From positions 558,001 to 622,000 of the forward strand of contig MU008186.1 of assembly GCA_010909165.1 (NCBI GenBank): 64,000 bases of DNA, in the 5' to 3' direction. The notes under the pieces are model-generated. The model had not been told where the DNA came from, did no database searches, and worked only from the letters and a program-made list of their open reading frames with translations. The number at the start of each line of letters is the position of its first letter. Within the stretch, counting starts at the first letter, position 1. Positions 46,896-59,339 of this stretch are shown here, in pieces. A program made the position numbers and the translations under genes. The stretch comes from Anthoceros angustus. Lineage: Eukaryota; Plantae; Anthocerotophyta.

Positions 46896-49800
46896 TTGTT
46901 TTACCTGCATTTCTTCAGAACCAACCACCGATTGCTTGATGATCAGAAACAGTGTGCAGAAGAAATTGGATCTACTTACTCCGGTGAGTTCAAAGAAAGA
47001 GATAGGTTTGATGGGAAGCCTACTAGGTTCGAAAGCTGGAAAGCTCGAATGAAAGCAAATTTGAATGCACGGGATGTCTGGGAGTTTGTAGATGGTACAA
47101 TCCCTAATCCCTTTGCTGTTCCGTCAACTGCCACTCAACAACCCACAGCTGATGAGAAAGCCAAGTGGACAAAAGGAAACAAGATAGCATTTGCTATCCT
47201 CCTTAGTGGTCTAGACGAGGCAAGCGCGCTAGTGAATTTCTAGAGGCAGACCGGTTATGCGGAACCGCTTAGTTGATACTTACCAAGTCAAGAATGTTTG
47301 CACCTTGATTCATGTCCGAGAGCAGTTTCATAGTCTAAGGATGAAGGAAGGGGACCCTGTGGGAACCTATGTCACAAAGTTGAGGTACCTCCGGGCACAG
47401 CTGTCCGCGATGGGGGCCAAGACGACTGATGTGGAGATGGTTGCTCAACTGTTGACCGGCTTGCCTTCTTCCTATCAGACTTTTATCTCTGGGCAGAATG
47501 CTTCCTTGCGGGTTGCCTATCAAGCAGCAGCTAGTGGACAGCCTGCCAACTTGGACTTGAATGAGGTCATCGGCGCACTTCTGCAAGAGGAGCAAAGCCG
47601 ACATAAATCTGGTGGCAATCGCATGCGTGGAGATAAGGTCAACTTTGCTACGAAGGGCAAAGGGCCCTGGAAGGGGAAAGGAAATAAGAAGGGGAACTCA
47701 TCTCAGAATCAGCAATCCTCGGCGTGCACCGCCGCACCTAAAGCAACAAGGTAATTGCAATCGGTGTCAGCCGTCAGGGCTGGTCTGGCCGTAAAAGAAA
47801 GTTGGTGAAGCCAAGAAGGAGAGCAAACCTGAGGCACATGTTACTTCCAATGAGAAGACTCCCCAGCACAAACATAAGAGCAGCAGTTCTGTACTAACCG
47901 TGTGCTTGACCTCATACAGGGAAAACTCATCTTCATGGTTTGTTGATTCAGGTGCTACTGCACATGTCTGTAACAATCGCCAGCTGTTTTCCACCTTCCA
48001 CAAACAGAGCACACCACAATCAGTGTTTGTAGGTGACTCTAGAGGGGTAGAGGTCAAGGGCTGTGGAACTGTTGTGATACCTTTGCTTGGAGGTGTGTCC
48101 TTGCATTTAGAAGATGTCTTGTACGTGCCTGCCATGAGCAAAAATCTGTTGAGCATTAGGGCTATTGCACTAAGTCAGCGTTATGGCTTCCGTTTTGAGG
48201 CCAGTAAGTGTTACATTTATGAGTTAGATTGCCCTCATGACTATGTAGCAAAGGCTGTACTTGTGAATGACCTGTATCAACTTGTTACTGTCTCTAAGTC
48301 CAAGGCTAGGGCTCTAGTTGCTGCATCCTACGCACAAGCTAATCTCTGGCATGCTAGATTAGGACATGTTAACAAGTTTAAGCTCAATGTTATGTCCAAT
48401 TCAGACCTGTATAGGGAAAAACTTCCCTCTTGTTTCAAGCTTTTAGAGGCCTGTAGCTCCTGCATTTTGTCAAAGCAGAAGGAGTTGCCTTTCAAAAACA
48501 AAGCACCCACACGTGCTAAGGCCTTGCTGGAACTCATCCATGCCGATATAGCTGGGAAGATCCAGGTCAAGTCGTTAGGAGGGGCAGAATACTACCTAAC
48601 CTTGACCGATGATTTCTCACGTTATACATGGACATTTCCCCTCAAGTACAAGAGTGAAGCATATGAGCAAATTGTTTCCTGGATTCCTATGGTTCAGCGT
48701 CAGACAGGGCACTTGGTGAAGTGCTTTAGGACTGATAACGGTGGAGAATTCACTGGTCACAACTTTGATGAGTGTTGATGGAATTATCATGACTTTCAGT
48801 CCCTACACGCAGCGAAAAGCGGGTGGCGCAAGAACCCGGACAATCATGGGCATGACCAGGAGCATGCTGTCATATTCAGGACTACCAAAAACATACTGGG
48901 CAGAGGCTGCTGTTACTGCTACTTATCTCTTGAATCGCGTAGTGACGACAGCTCTACCAGGAAAGACTCCTTATGAGGCCTTCTGGGGCAGGAAGCCCAG
49001 CCTCTCACATTTAAAGGTGTTTGGCTCGCCTGCATTTGCTTTTATACCTGAGGCAAAAAGAAAAAAGTTAGATGATCGTTCCAGACAGCTGATATTTGTT
49101 GGGTATTCTGAAGAATCAAAGGCCTACAAATTGTTTGATCCAGTCACCTCGAAGATATCCTTGTCCCGAAGTGCTACCTTTAAAGAGCTTGTTTTTCCAC
49201 GGACTTCTAAAGATGCAAGTGGGCATGCTGACAGTTCGAGTGATTTACCTCTTGTTGATCCATCTTCTCTTGAGGTGCCAGTGTCATATCCCGTATCTGA
49301 CGGTGAGACTTTAGATGCTGGTGATTCTGGTGATACTGTAGTTGTCGATGGGAACCCTGCCCCAGGTGGTCAGCCTGGACTTCATCTTCAAAACCCTAAT
49401 CTGCAGGCAGCAGCACAAGATCAGTTTGCATCTGATTCAGAACTAGAAGAGAATGATGCTAATCATTCAGGGCATGATGCTGGTTTGCCTCACTCTGGAT
49501 CAGATGTGGACACTCACATTTCTGAGGATGCTGCAAGTTTGGACAGTTACGGCGAATTGGAACCTGATGGTTTTGCAGATGTGCAACCTGATTTAGCTCA
49601 TACAGATGAGGAGGGAGCACCTCCTGCCCCTGCAGTGGGGGATACATCTCCCAGATACCCTGTCCGTGAACGTCGTGCGCGGGCAGATTGGCTGGAACCT
49701 CCCTATCAGCCTGTCGATTTTCGTCGACCCTCTGCACATGTGTCTGATGTTCACGTACCCGAAGTCAGGCTTGATCCTCAGAGCTACAAGGAAGCACTCG

Positions 49801-51356
49801 AGGGGCCTGATGGCAAGCATTGGCGAATGTCCATTGATGACGAATACAACTCCTTGGTCAAAAATAACACTTGGGAATTGGCCGATCTGCCTCCAGGACG
49901 CAAGCCCATTACCTGTAAGTGGGTTTTCAAAACGAAGTTAAAGGCAGATGGCACTATTGCAAGGTATAAGTCACGATTGGTGGCACGCGGTTTTTCACAA
50001 ATACCTGGTGTCGATTATGGAGACACGTTTTCTCCTGTTGTGAAGCCACCTTCTGTTCGGATTTTACTTGCAGTGGCTGCTCAGTTTGATCTCGAATTGC
50101 ATCAGATGGATGTGTGCACGGCTTTTCTTCATGGCGAGCTTGAAGAAGTGTTGTGCATGGTCCAGCCTGAAGGCTTTGTCGATAAGCAATTTCCTGACAA
50201 GGTATGCAAATTGTTAAAGACAATTTATGGGCTCAAGCAGAGCCCTCGTGCCTGGTACAAAAGGATTATGAAATTTCTCAAGCAACATGGCTTTGTCCAG
50301 TCCCCAGCAGATTCAAACGTATTTTACCTTGCGTCTGATGGCTTCTTCGTCATCTTGGCCCTTTACGTTGATGATGCGATTTTGTTGAGCAATCACCTTG
50401 AGCAGATGGATCAGGTGAAAGCTCTCCTCAGATCTGAATTTGAGATGACAGATCAAGGGCCCCTTGCCTTCTGTCTTGGCATCCAGATCCTTCGAGACAG
50501 GTCACAAGGCACTATGATTCTGCATCAGACGAAGTATATAAAAGAGATCCTCAAGCGTTTTAACATGGATTCTGCTAAACCTGTTACCACACCAACAGCA
50601 GTGGGGGAAAAGCTGACCTTTGAGCAGTCATCACAAGATGCTGTTGATGAGGACTTGATGACTGGAGTTCCATATGCCGAGGCTGTAGGATGCTTGATCT
50701 TCCTTGCCAACTGGACACGTCCAGACATTAGTTATGCTGTCAGCATTGTTTCACAGTTCTTGAAGGCACCTGGCAGAGCACACTGGGGTGCTGTTAAGCG
50801 CATTTATCGCTATCTACGAGGCACCTTGTAGTATGGTTTACACTACACCAGGACGAGTGAGAGGGAGCTTACCTTATCTGCCTTTTCTGATGCCGATTGG
50901 GCATCTGATGTGGACACAAGGAGCCTCTCTGCACATGTTTTTCTCTTGGCTCAAGGTGCTGTAAATTGGTCTTGTAAGAAACAGACCTCGCTGGCCTTGT
51001 CTTCGACTGAAGCTGAGTATAAGTCCCTGACAGATGCGTGTAAGGAGTTAGAGTGGGAGCGGCAATTCCTTGATGCTGTTCACTTACCTCAAAAAGGGCC
51101 AACTTTGCTGCAGTGTGACAACATGTCAGCTATTGCCTTGGTCTCTAACCCACGTTTCCATGCGAGGACCAAGCATATCGAGCTTTACCATCACTACATT
51201 CGAGATGTGGCTGAAAGAGGCATAGTCAAAGTGCAATATGTCAGCACAGATAGAAATACTGTTGACATTCTTACAAAGGGCTTGAGCAAGCCAAAGCATT
51301 ATCAACACCTTTCAGCCCTGGGGCTGAGGGTATTCTCAATGCCTTCTACAACCTAA
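46896..51356 (+). pseudogene. Copia gag-pol (gag, protease, integrase, RT, RNase H) with several frameshifts and stops
   Basis: WKARMKANL gag, WFVDSGATAHV protease, LWHARLGH...C..C, FRTDNGGEF integrase, YKSRLVARGFSQ/LYVDDAIL RT and CDNMSAI...HARTKHI RNase H. Confidence 0.95.
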
Positions 51357-51615
51357 AAATGTGTCACCAACCTCTGGCAGCAGAGTTGACAGCTGACAGG
51401 AAGATAGCATGTACTCGCAGGGACTGCTCTACAGTCTACATTGCAGGATCCGCTGTGGACAGGGCATGTTCCCGTGCTGTCTTCTTCTGATGCCTGTAGG
51501 TTGAGGACAACACATAGCACTTGGCAGTGTCAGTGGATGAAGCCTCTCTGTTAGACCTAATCGTGAGACTGTCAAGGTGGCTTATGGGTTGTGGAAAATT
51601 CACAGACTTACCACT

Positions 51616-52260
51616 TCAAGGAGCAGGGCGGTATATGTAGCCGAGAATCCCCAGCTCTCTTATTACTGCGCAACATTCGGCTGGAGTCAGAGGGTGTGCG
51701 AGACTATCCTTGGGCTGTGCCGACGTCAGAAGCTCTTCCAGCTCCGTTGTTCTCTCCTTTGCGGCGTTCAGGGCAGCCTTCAGCTCGTCGCACTTCTCGA
51801 GTGTCTTGTGGAGATGCCACAGCAGGTTCTTCTCCGTCTGGTCGGGCCATCCAGAGCCAGGGCTGATGTTTGGATGGGTGCGAGCGGATGCAGAGGGAGC
51901 TAAGCGCTGTGCCAGTCCACCAAGCCTGATAGCTTGGATTTTCGCTTTTCCTCTGTCCATCTCGTGCTTGATGTTTGCCTTGTTCCCATCCAGGTCGCTG
52001 TCTACCTCGTCTGTGCTGTATCGCGAAGGCTCCTGTGTCCTCGCAGGAGATCGTTGCCTTTTCTGGCCTGTGAGATCGCAATTCTTGAGCCTGGCCATCA
52101 CGCTGTCTACTACCACAGAGATGAAGATGACCAGGGCCATCCCGTATATAAATCCCAGGCTCCAGGCTGCAGCAGGCGTGACCTCCATGACTGTACGCAA
52201 GCACTTGAGAAGACTGCCGCGAGGAACCTCCCCTGTTTCTTGGCTCGTTAATGAATGCAC
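51616..52260 (-). CDS. Antisense 214 aa ORF in the copia 3' region with a hydrophobic helix and a coiled coil
   Basis: Intact ATG ORF; hydrophobic stretch WSLGFIYGMALVIFISVVVDSVMA and heptads LHKTLEKCDELKAALNAAKERTTELEELL. Confidence 0.6.
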   Translation of the reverse strand: MHSLTSQETGEVPRGSLLKCLRTVMEVTPAAAWSLGFIYGMALVIFISVVVDSVMARLKNCDLTGQKRQRSPARTQEPSRYSTDEVDSDLDGNKANIKHEMDRGKAKIQAIRLGGLAQRLAPSASARTHPNISPGSGWPDQTEKNLLWHLHKTLEKCDELKAALNAAKERTTELEELLTSAQPKDSLAHPLTPAECCAVIRELGILGYIYRPAP

Positions 52261-52314
52261 GGCCCGCTTTACGAGATGCGTTGTCTTTAACCCTGCGGAC
52301 GGGTTAAGAGGGAG

Positions 52315-52496
52315 TGTCAGTAAATAGGGTTTAACCTCGCCCTTGGGTTAATAAATTTAGGGTTATTTATATTTACGTAACTTAGGGTTACACAAACAGT
52401 TTTGTATATAAACACACCTTGGCTTTGATTAATTCATTCTTTATTTTGTGCACTTGAGAGTTCTATGTACAAAAGCTTCCGCTTATAAAGTTTTCA
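52315..52496 (+). repeat. 3' LTR
   Basis: TG...CA termini, preceded by the polypurine tract. Confidence 0.95.
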
Positions 52497-52755
52497 AGTT
52501 GATGTTGAGTACGCTTTTGGCGCCTAAGTAAGGTAATGGGCACATGGCTTACCATGTCGATTATAGGTAATTACAGTTACAATTGCAATTACAATTGGTT
52601 GACATTGAGTAGGATTTTTGGGCCTATAATCATAATAAGTGGGCCTAACAATGATCATTAAAATTTAGGCCTACCTCTATATTTGTCTTAATTTTCCCTA
52701 ATGATCATTCACTGTGGCTTAGCTACGAACTTAATGCAGTTTGACACGGAACTTC

Positions 52756-54230
52756 TCCTTATAGAAACGGAGTTTGGACGCTAGGGGAGAGGCAAATGTC
52801 CTCCTTGTAGAAACGGAGTTTGGAAGTTTGGACGTTAGGGGAGATGCAAATGTCCTCCTTTTAGAAATGGAGTTTGGACGTTAAGGGAGAGGCAAATGTC
52901 CTCCTTGTAGAAACGGAGTTTGGACATTAGGGGAGTCCTCTAGAAACGAATCCGTTTGGACGTTGGGGGAGACCTCGTTGTAGAAACGAAGTTTGGACTT
53001 TAGGGGAGTCCTCCTCGTAGACACAGAGTTTGGACGTTAGGGGAGTTTTCCTTGTAGAAACGGAGTTTGGACGTTAGGGGAGTTTTCCTTGTAGAAACGG
53101 AGTTTAGGCGTTAGGGGAGGCAAATGTCCTCCTTGTAGAAGCGGAGTTTAGGCGTTAGGGAGAGGCAAATGTCCTCCTTGTAGAAGCGGAGTTTAGGCGT
53201 TAGGGAGAGGCAAATGTCCTCCTTGGCAAAGCGGAGTTTAGGCGTTAGAGTCCTCCTTGTAGAAATGAAGTTTGGACGTTAGGAGAGGGGCAAATTAAAG
53301 GAGAACCAAGTGAGATGAAGATATCTTTGTCTCAATACCTTCGTCGCACTTGGTCTTAGGGGAGTCCTCCTTTCTAGGAGTCCTTTGGACTTTAGGGGAG
53401 TCCTCCTCGTAGACACAGAGTTTGGACGTTAGGGGAGTTTTCCTTGTAGAAACGGAGTTTAGACGTTAGGGGAGAGGCAAATGTCCTCCTTGTAGAAGCG
53501 GAGTTTAGGCGTTAGGGGAGAGGCAAATGTCCTCCTTGTAGAAAGCGGAGTTTAGACGTTAGGGAGAGGCAAATGTCCTCCTTGTAGAAACGAGTTTAGG
53601 CGTTAGGGAGAGGCAAATGTCCTCCTTGTAGAAACGGAGTTTAGACGTTAGAGTCCTCCTTGTAGAAATGAAGTTTGGACGTTAGGAGAGGGGCAAATTA
53701 AAGGAGAACCAAGTGAGATGAAGATATCTTTGTCTCAATACCTTATCGACTTGGTCTTAGGGGAGTCCTCCTTTCTAGGAGTCCTTTGGACTTTAGGGGA
53801 GTCCTCCTCGTAGACACAGAGTTTGGACGTTAGGGGAGTTTTCCTTGTAGAAAGCGGAGTTTAGGCGTTAGGGGAGGCAAATGTCCTCCTTGTAGAAACG
53901 GAGTTTAGACGTTAGGGAGAGGCAAATGTCCTCCTTGTAGAAACGGAGTTTAGACGTTAGGGGAGGCAAATGTCCTCCTTGTAGAAACGGAGTTTAGACG
54001 TTAGGGGAGTCCTCCTTGTAGAAATGAAGTTTGGACGTTAGGAGAGGGGCAAATTAAAGGAGAACCAAGTGAGATGAAGATATCTTTGTCTCAATACCTT
54101 CGTCGCACTTGGTCTTAGGGGAATCCTCCTTTCTAGGAGTCCTCCTTATAGAAAAAGAGTTTGGACGTTAGGGGAGGGGCAAATGAAATGGGGAACCAAG
54201 CGAAATGAAGATATCTTCCTCTCACTTGGT
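52756..54230. repeat. Minisatellite, 36-45 bp units containing TTAGGG, with higher-order blocks
   Basis: Unit ggagtttaggcgttagggagaggcaaatgtcctccttgtagaaac. The block ggagaaccaagtgagatgaagatatc... recurs at 53301, 53703 and 54059, and in diverged form at ~54190. Confidence 0.92.
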
Positions 54231-54369
54231 CTGGGAAGATCCGGAGGAGAAAACTGCCTATTTCCTGGCTGAAAGAATACTAGGGATAGAGTTGAGCCTT
54301 TATTGAGAAGGAACACAACACTCCCATACAATATGGGTTATATGCACTAAGTATAATAAGTACTAGCAC

Positions 54370-54832
54370 ACAAGCACACACCACACCCCACATGTAAGTG
54401 GGCTTGGCTTTATATAGTCCTAGCCTTGAATCCTATTGGTCACCTGACTTTGAATCCAACTGGTCACTTGACTCGCCCTTTACTCTTGGACTTTCTAGAA
54501 GATACTTTCTAGAAAGTATACAAGTTTGTTATTTTAAGGCACTCTTCATAACATATGTTATAATAAATCATTTCTAGGCACACTAGGTACCAGCACACAA
54601 GAACACTTAGAGATACCACACCCCACAGGCAGTTGGGATTGGCCTTATATAATCCTCAACCTTGAATCCTATTAGTCACTTGACCCTGAAGCCTACTTGT
54701 GCTTGACTTGCTCTTTACTCTTGGGCTTTCTAAAAAATACTTTCTAGAAGATATACTACTTTCTAGAAAGTATACACGTTTGTTATTTTTAGGGCGCTCT
54801 TCATAACATTGTGTAATAAATCATTTCTAACA
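54370..54832 (-). repeat. Two tandem diverged ~220 bp LTR-like copies
   Basis: Shared ccacaccccaca...tatata..cct...ccttgaatcctatt...ctttctagaaagtatac...taataaatcatttcta. The minus strand begins TGTTAGAAATG at 54832. Confidence 0.55.
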
Positions 54833-55030
54833 AAGGACACTTGGAACAGCTGTGGTGAAGCATATGTGCTCGGCATCAGCTGGTTGGGCTGAGCTCGGCA
54901 TCAGCTGGTTGGGCTGAGCACGGCACGGTGTGGTAGGCCTGCGGACGGCAGACGACCGTCTGCATGCGGCGGACATCAATAATGTATGTAAAAGACGCCT
55001 AGCTACATCCGTCTGGCCGTCTCGCTGGGC

Positions 55031-55038
55031 TATATAAA
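55031..55038 (+). promoter_or_regulatory. TATA box upstream of the intact P450
   Basis: TATATAAA about 100 bp before the ATG at 55135. Confidence 0.5.
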
Positions 55039-55134
55039 CTGGTGGTCGCGCCAGCGGCCTTGCCACATAACTACAAGCTGAGAAAAGACTTTTGCTGGCT
55101 TTGCTGCTGTGCAGGTGGAGACTGGAGAGAATCA

Positions 55135-57033
55135 ATGGGGTTGGGCAGTTTGAGTGTGGAGGATTGGCTGGTGATGGGAGTCGCCACTCTGGTTGCATCG
55201 TGCGTGGCATTAGTATTGCATTTCGTGGAGGCCAAGAGGCAGTATCGGTTGCCCCCGGGACCTCCCAGATGGCCGATTGTGGGGAACCTTCCGCAGCTGG
55301 CCAAAGCCGGCAAGCTGCCGCACCGGCTTACCATGGAGCTGGCCAAGACGTACGGTCCTGTAATGCTGCTCAAGCTAGGTGCCTCCAACATGCTCTTCAT
55401 CACCGACCCCAAGATTGCTGAAGACTGCCTCAAAGGTTCCGTGTTCGTCGACAGGCCCAAGGTTGCAGTCAATTCCTACATGGGCTTCGGCGCCGACGTG
55501 CATTCTGGTAAAAGAAAATAATTGCACTCGGAGAGATTGGACAAGTTAGTTGATCGATAGGGGACGAGTCTGACAAGGCAGAGCTTTTGCGTGCATGCAG
55601 CTGTCGCTCCGTATGGGGAGTACTGGAGGCATGTGAAGAAGCTGGTGCACACCGAGCTGCTCAGCAGCAGCAGGCTGCAGCAGTTTGAGAGCTTGAGGGC
55701 AGAGGAGACGCAGGAAACCGTTCGGGAGTTCTTGAAGGCGTCCAAGGGGAACGTTGCAGTGCACCTGCGTAGGAGTCTGAACTATTTGATGATGAACAAC
55801 ATCACTCGCATGATGATGAGCAGAAAGTTCGGCTTGCAAGCAGCAGGCCTAGGGGAGGAAGCCGGAGGTGGGCGGTCGGAAGCCAAGGTTTGGGTGGACT
55901 CGATCGATGAGATGTCCCTGTTGAGCATCAACCCCATGGTGGAGGATATGTTCCCTGCTCTTGCCTGGGTGGATGTGGTGTCAGGCCTACGGAGCAGGAT
56001 GCGGAGGATACTTGCCGATCTGGATAAGATTATCCAAGGAACACTAAATGCACGGAAGCAGGATCTGCTAGACAGCAGAAGAACCGAGCATGAGACGCGG
56101 GACTTTTTGGATGTGATGCTGCTGAGTGACGGTGGACGGGCTCTCAGTGAGAGATCAATCAAAGCTACGATTGTGGTAATCTAGGCCCTGCACTTGTGCA
56201 CCCCAGCATTTACGTTGTACGTGAGGATTTTGTTTTTGAATCTGTTCCCAGACTTAATTTTGAGATGCCACACTTATACCTTGCAGGATTTCGTGAGTGC
56301 TGCGACAGAGACGACCGCTGTTCCTACGGAATGGGCTCTGTCGGAGCTTATTGCTAATCCAGACATCATGAAGAAAGCTCAGCAGGAGGTAGACCAAGTG
56401 GTGGGCACGGAACGAGTGGTGAGGGAATCGGATGTGGACCACATGCCTTATCTTCGGGCCGTGGTACGGGAAACACTCAGACTACACAGTGGAGCATGGG
56501 CTTTTCCAAGAAGCAGTGCTGTGGAGTCTCAGGTACGCACTATGGTAATTTCCTTGAATTCCTTGCAAGATTCAGGGAGGACTACTAGCACATAGTTTGG
56601 AATCCATTGCAACATTACAAGTTAGCTTAATATTGATACGAAGACGTACGTCACGCAGATTGAAGGATATGACATCCCTGCCGATTGTCTACTGATGGTC
56701 CAGGTGTGGGCCATGGGTCGGGACCCAGACATCTGGAAAGATCCTTTGAAGTTCGACCCGGAGAGGTTCCTGGGGAGCAAGGCCGAGCAGATGATGAGGA
56801 AGATGACTTTCAGTCCTTTCGGACTTGGGAAACGGCCGTGCCCAGGGTATAAGCTGGGTGAAATCATGGTACACTATGTGCTAGCTCGATTAATTCACAG
56901 CTTCGACTGGTCCCTTCCCAATGGAATCGGGCCTGAGCAACTGGACATGGAGGAGAACTTTGGCTTTTTCCTGGAGAGAAGGACACCTCTAACAGCTGTG
57001 GTCAAGCCCAGGTTGCCACATCTTTTGTATTGA
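55135..57033 (+). CDS. Cytochrome P450, CYP71 clan, intact, 4 exons (55135-55507, 55601-56175, 56287-56532, 56659-57033; 522 aa)
   Basis: N-terminal membrane anchor, PPGP hinge, YGEYWR, ETLR, PERF and heme motif FGLGKRPCPG. GT-AG introns keep the reading frame, including an intron just before the I-helix. Confidence 0.93.
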
Positions 57034-57359
57034 ATCCGTTGCTGCGGTGCAGCGGTGGCTGTAGCGCTCATTCTCTCTTCAAGGCTGATGCACGCTCCAG
57101 CAGCGCTGGACATCACACAACGGTTGGGAGTCTAAATCTCCAGCGAGAGAAATGAAGGCCGCAAGCCCTCCTCACAACTGCAACGGAACCTTGCCTTCCA
57201 GATGGCGAATGTAAATTGTTGCTCGCACCTGTAGGCGCCTGGACGCCTCGCTCCCGACGTCGACGTTCTTAATTCAGGTATGTTATACAACTCACAGGTA
57301 TAAGCCCTTCAATTATGGTGTCGGTGATCTCGTTTAGCCTCTGCTTGAGTTTTATATCC

Positions 57360-57805
57360 GTCAGATTTCGAAGCCTGCAACGCTAGGAAACTTCCATCCA
57401 ACACATACCAGAAACTATATCACAGCTATCAGGACCAGGTGAGGACATGTAATTACCCAGGCCTACCTGTCGATAACGCTGATGTGAGCTTCCTTGGTTG
57501 AAAACCACTTCGAATCAGCTGTCTAGTCATCAGATTCATGGTTAGAGAATGCAAGCTTCAGTCAGACGTGCATGCGTGCGAGCACAGACAGACCTGAGGT
57601 ATCTCCACTGCGCATGCACTACCCCGTAAGAAGTGTGTCAATGGACCCGTCAACGGATCTCAATCCCTCCAAGGCCCTGAAGGGAGGTCGAGAAGCGAAA
57701 TTCCGGTCCTGATTTGTTGAGCACGAGAATTCGCGGGCCATGTCGGGGACGAGATGCGCTCCACCAACCTCCCTGCCATCCTGAGAAAGTGCCCAAACAG
57801 AGGCC
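57360..57805 (-). pseudogene. Fragment of a paralog of the minus-strand P450
   Basis: 57420-57550 matches 62695-62835 and 57575-57800 matches 63030-63230 (QDRNFASRP), including intron sequence. Confidence 0.85.
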
Positions 57806-57879
57806 AAGCTTACTGACCAGGGATATCCAGTTTATGGTAATATAAACATGAAGAAAAGAAGAATGTAGTATACTCCACT

Positions 57880-58130
57880 TGGAAGGAATGTTCCTGTCAA
57901 AGTTCCATTCCCATAGCTTGGTATGTTCTGGGCTTTGGCCCGTCTTCAGTCGCTTGGTTGTGTAGAGTTTCCTTGCCCTTGCGGGCTTTCATTCTCCTTA
58001 TCGGTTGCCAACTCGGTGTGATGCCGAGAAGCAATGACAGCTTGCATCCAAAATAATGGGTCAGGCAGGCTTTGGAAGCTTGTCTTATGCTAGGCTCCTT
58101 TTCTTCCATCGCTACCAAGTGCTCACACAC
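57880..58130 (-). pseudogene. Possible PPR E-domain remnant
   Basis: Weak similarity only (W..IRRMKARK). Confidence 0.25.
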
Positions 58131-59339
58131 TACTGCCGGATGACTCCAGATTCGCCAGTCAATTTCAACGGCAGCCCTAGGCTAAACCTACAACGAGACA
58201 GTCGAGAGGGTGAGGAGGTGGAAATGGGGAAGGAATTGCAGATCACCGAGGCTGCAGCAGGCCGTGTGCGTGAGCTACAGAGTCGGAGGCCTGACGATAT
58301 GCCGCCGAAGCTTCCCAGCATGGAAAGCAAGCACCGATCAAAGCAGTCCGCTCTCGCTCGGCGTCCGTACGTTTTCATGTGGGGAAGTATCCGATGTGGT
58401 ACACCTGCGGACGGCCGCTGCAGGCCAGCAGACGACCGTCTGCATGGGCGGGCGTCAGTGATGTAATTAGAACAAGCGTCTCATGTTTTGCAGCCCAGCA
58501 GTCCCTAGCTGAACTGTGCATGCCCAATAATCAGAGCCCTCCAGCATGTCACCACATTCTTTGTGGCAAAGCTGTGAAGAGCTTGGACTGGATCTTTCGG
58601 TTCAGTCTATTTTGCATACACGTCCACTAGGGAGGTGGCCACCGGGATGCCATCCAGCGATCCTGTGTCGGCAATCTGTGAGTGGAGTTGCTGCCCAACT
58701 GAAAGGCACTCCAGCTTGCACAGGCCGTACGCGTATGTGCTGGATTGATGTAAGAGGAACTTAAGACCAGCAACAAAAGTAACATGGTCAGTCAGAGTTA
58801 GGCCGCCCTCCTGTTACATTTGTCCATTCCGGGCATTCCATGTCATAACAGTGATGTGTTCATGTTGTCAAAAATCTGGCGTGCAAGTTAATAGGGATGG
58901 CACATACCAACACATCGCCGTGACACTTCGAAGCTGCTGTCTGTGTGAAGATGCATCAGGAAATGGGCAGATCTGCATCCCGCTTCCTGACAAACAGATC
59001 CTTGACTGAAGGATTTGTGTCCCTTCCAGATAATTCGGCTGTCTGCGGATCTGTCATTCCTTCTATAATACGTCCATCGCAATCACTCCTTATCATTGTT
59101 GGATTGAGTCACCAGCAAAGCCGTTTCTGTCCATCATGTCCTGTGCAGGGAATTATAGTTGGTGGCGGTACAGCCAAGACGTCACCCGCCGATTTCCTTT
59201 GGCTGTCACCTGCCAATTCCCCACCACACTGCCTATTGTATGCCCTGACGGGAGAAAACCCCTTGTATGCCTGCGATTCCGTGTTTTCTGACTGCCCTGC
59301 ATGCATGTTGCTCTTTGCTTTCGCATATGGTAATATTGC

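Larger units (their letters stand above)
45571..52496 (+). mobile_element. Full-length Ty1/copia LTR retrotransposon (6926 bp)
   Basis: 182 bp LTRs at 45571-45752 and 52315-52496 with 3 mismatches; AGTTG target-site duplication at 45566-45570 and 52497-52501; PBS TGGTATCAGAG (tRNA-iMet type) at 45753; polypurine tract AAGAGGGAG at 52306-52314. Confidence 0.97.

Noticed and set aside
51577-52327. Plus-strand ORFs (51710-52327 and others) as a sense env gene
   Set aside because: They read as shadows of the minus-strand ORF, which has the ATG, hydrophobic helix and heptad pattern.
52491-52501. Match of LTR end plus TSD (ttttcaagttg) to the upstream 59 bp repeat as evidence of targeted integration
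   Set aside because: It is only an 11 bp AT-rich match, and the real left target site (caagtAGTTG) lies outside the repeat, so chance is sufficient.
52756-54230. Repeat array as a CRISPR locus
   Set aside because: Units repeat end to end with no unique spacers, there are no cas genes, and the context is eukaryotic.
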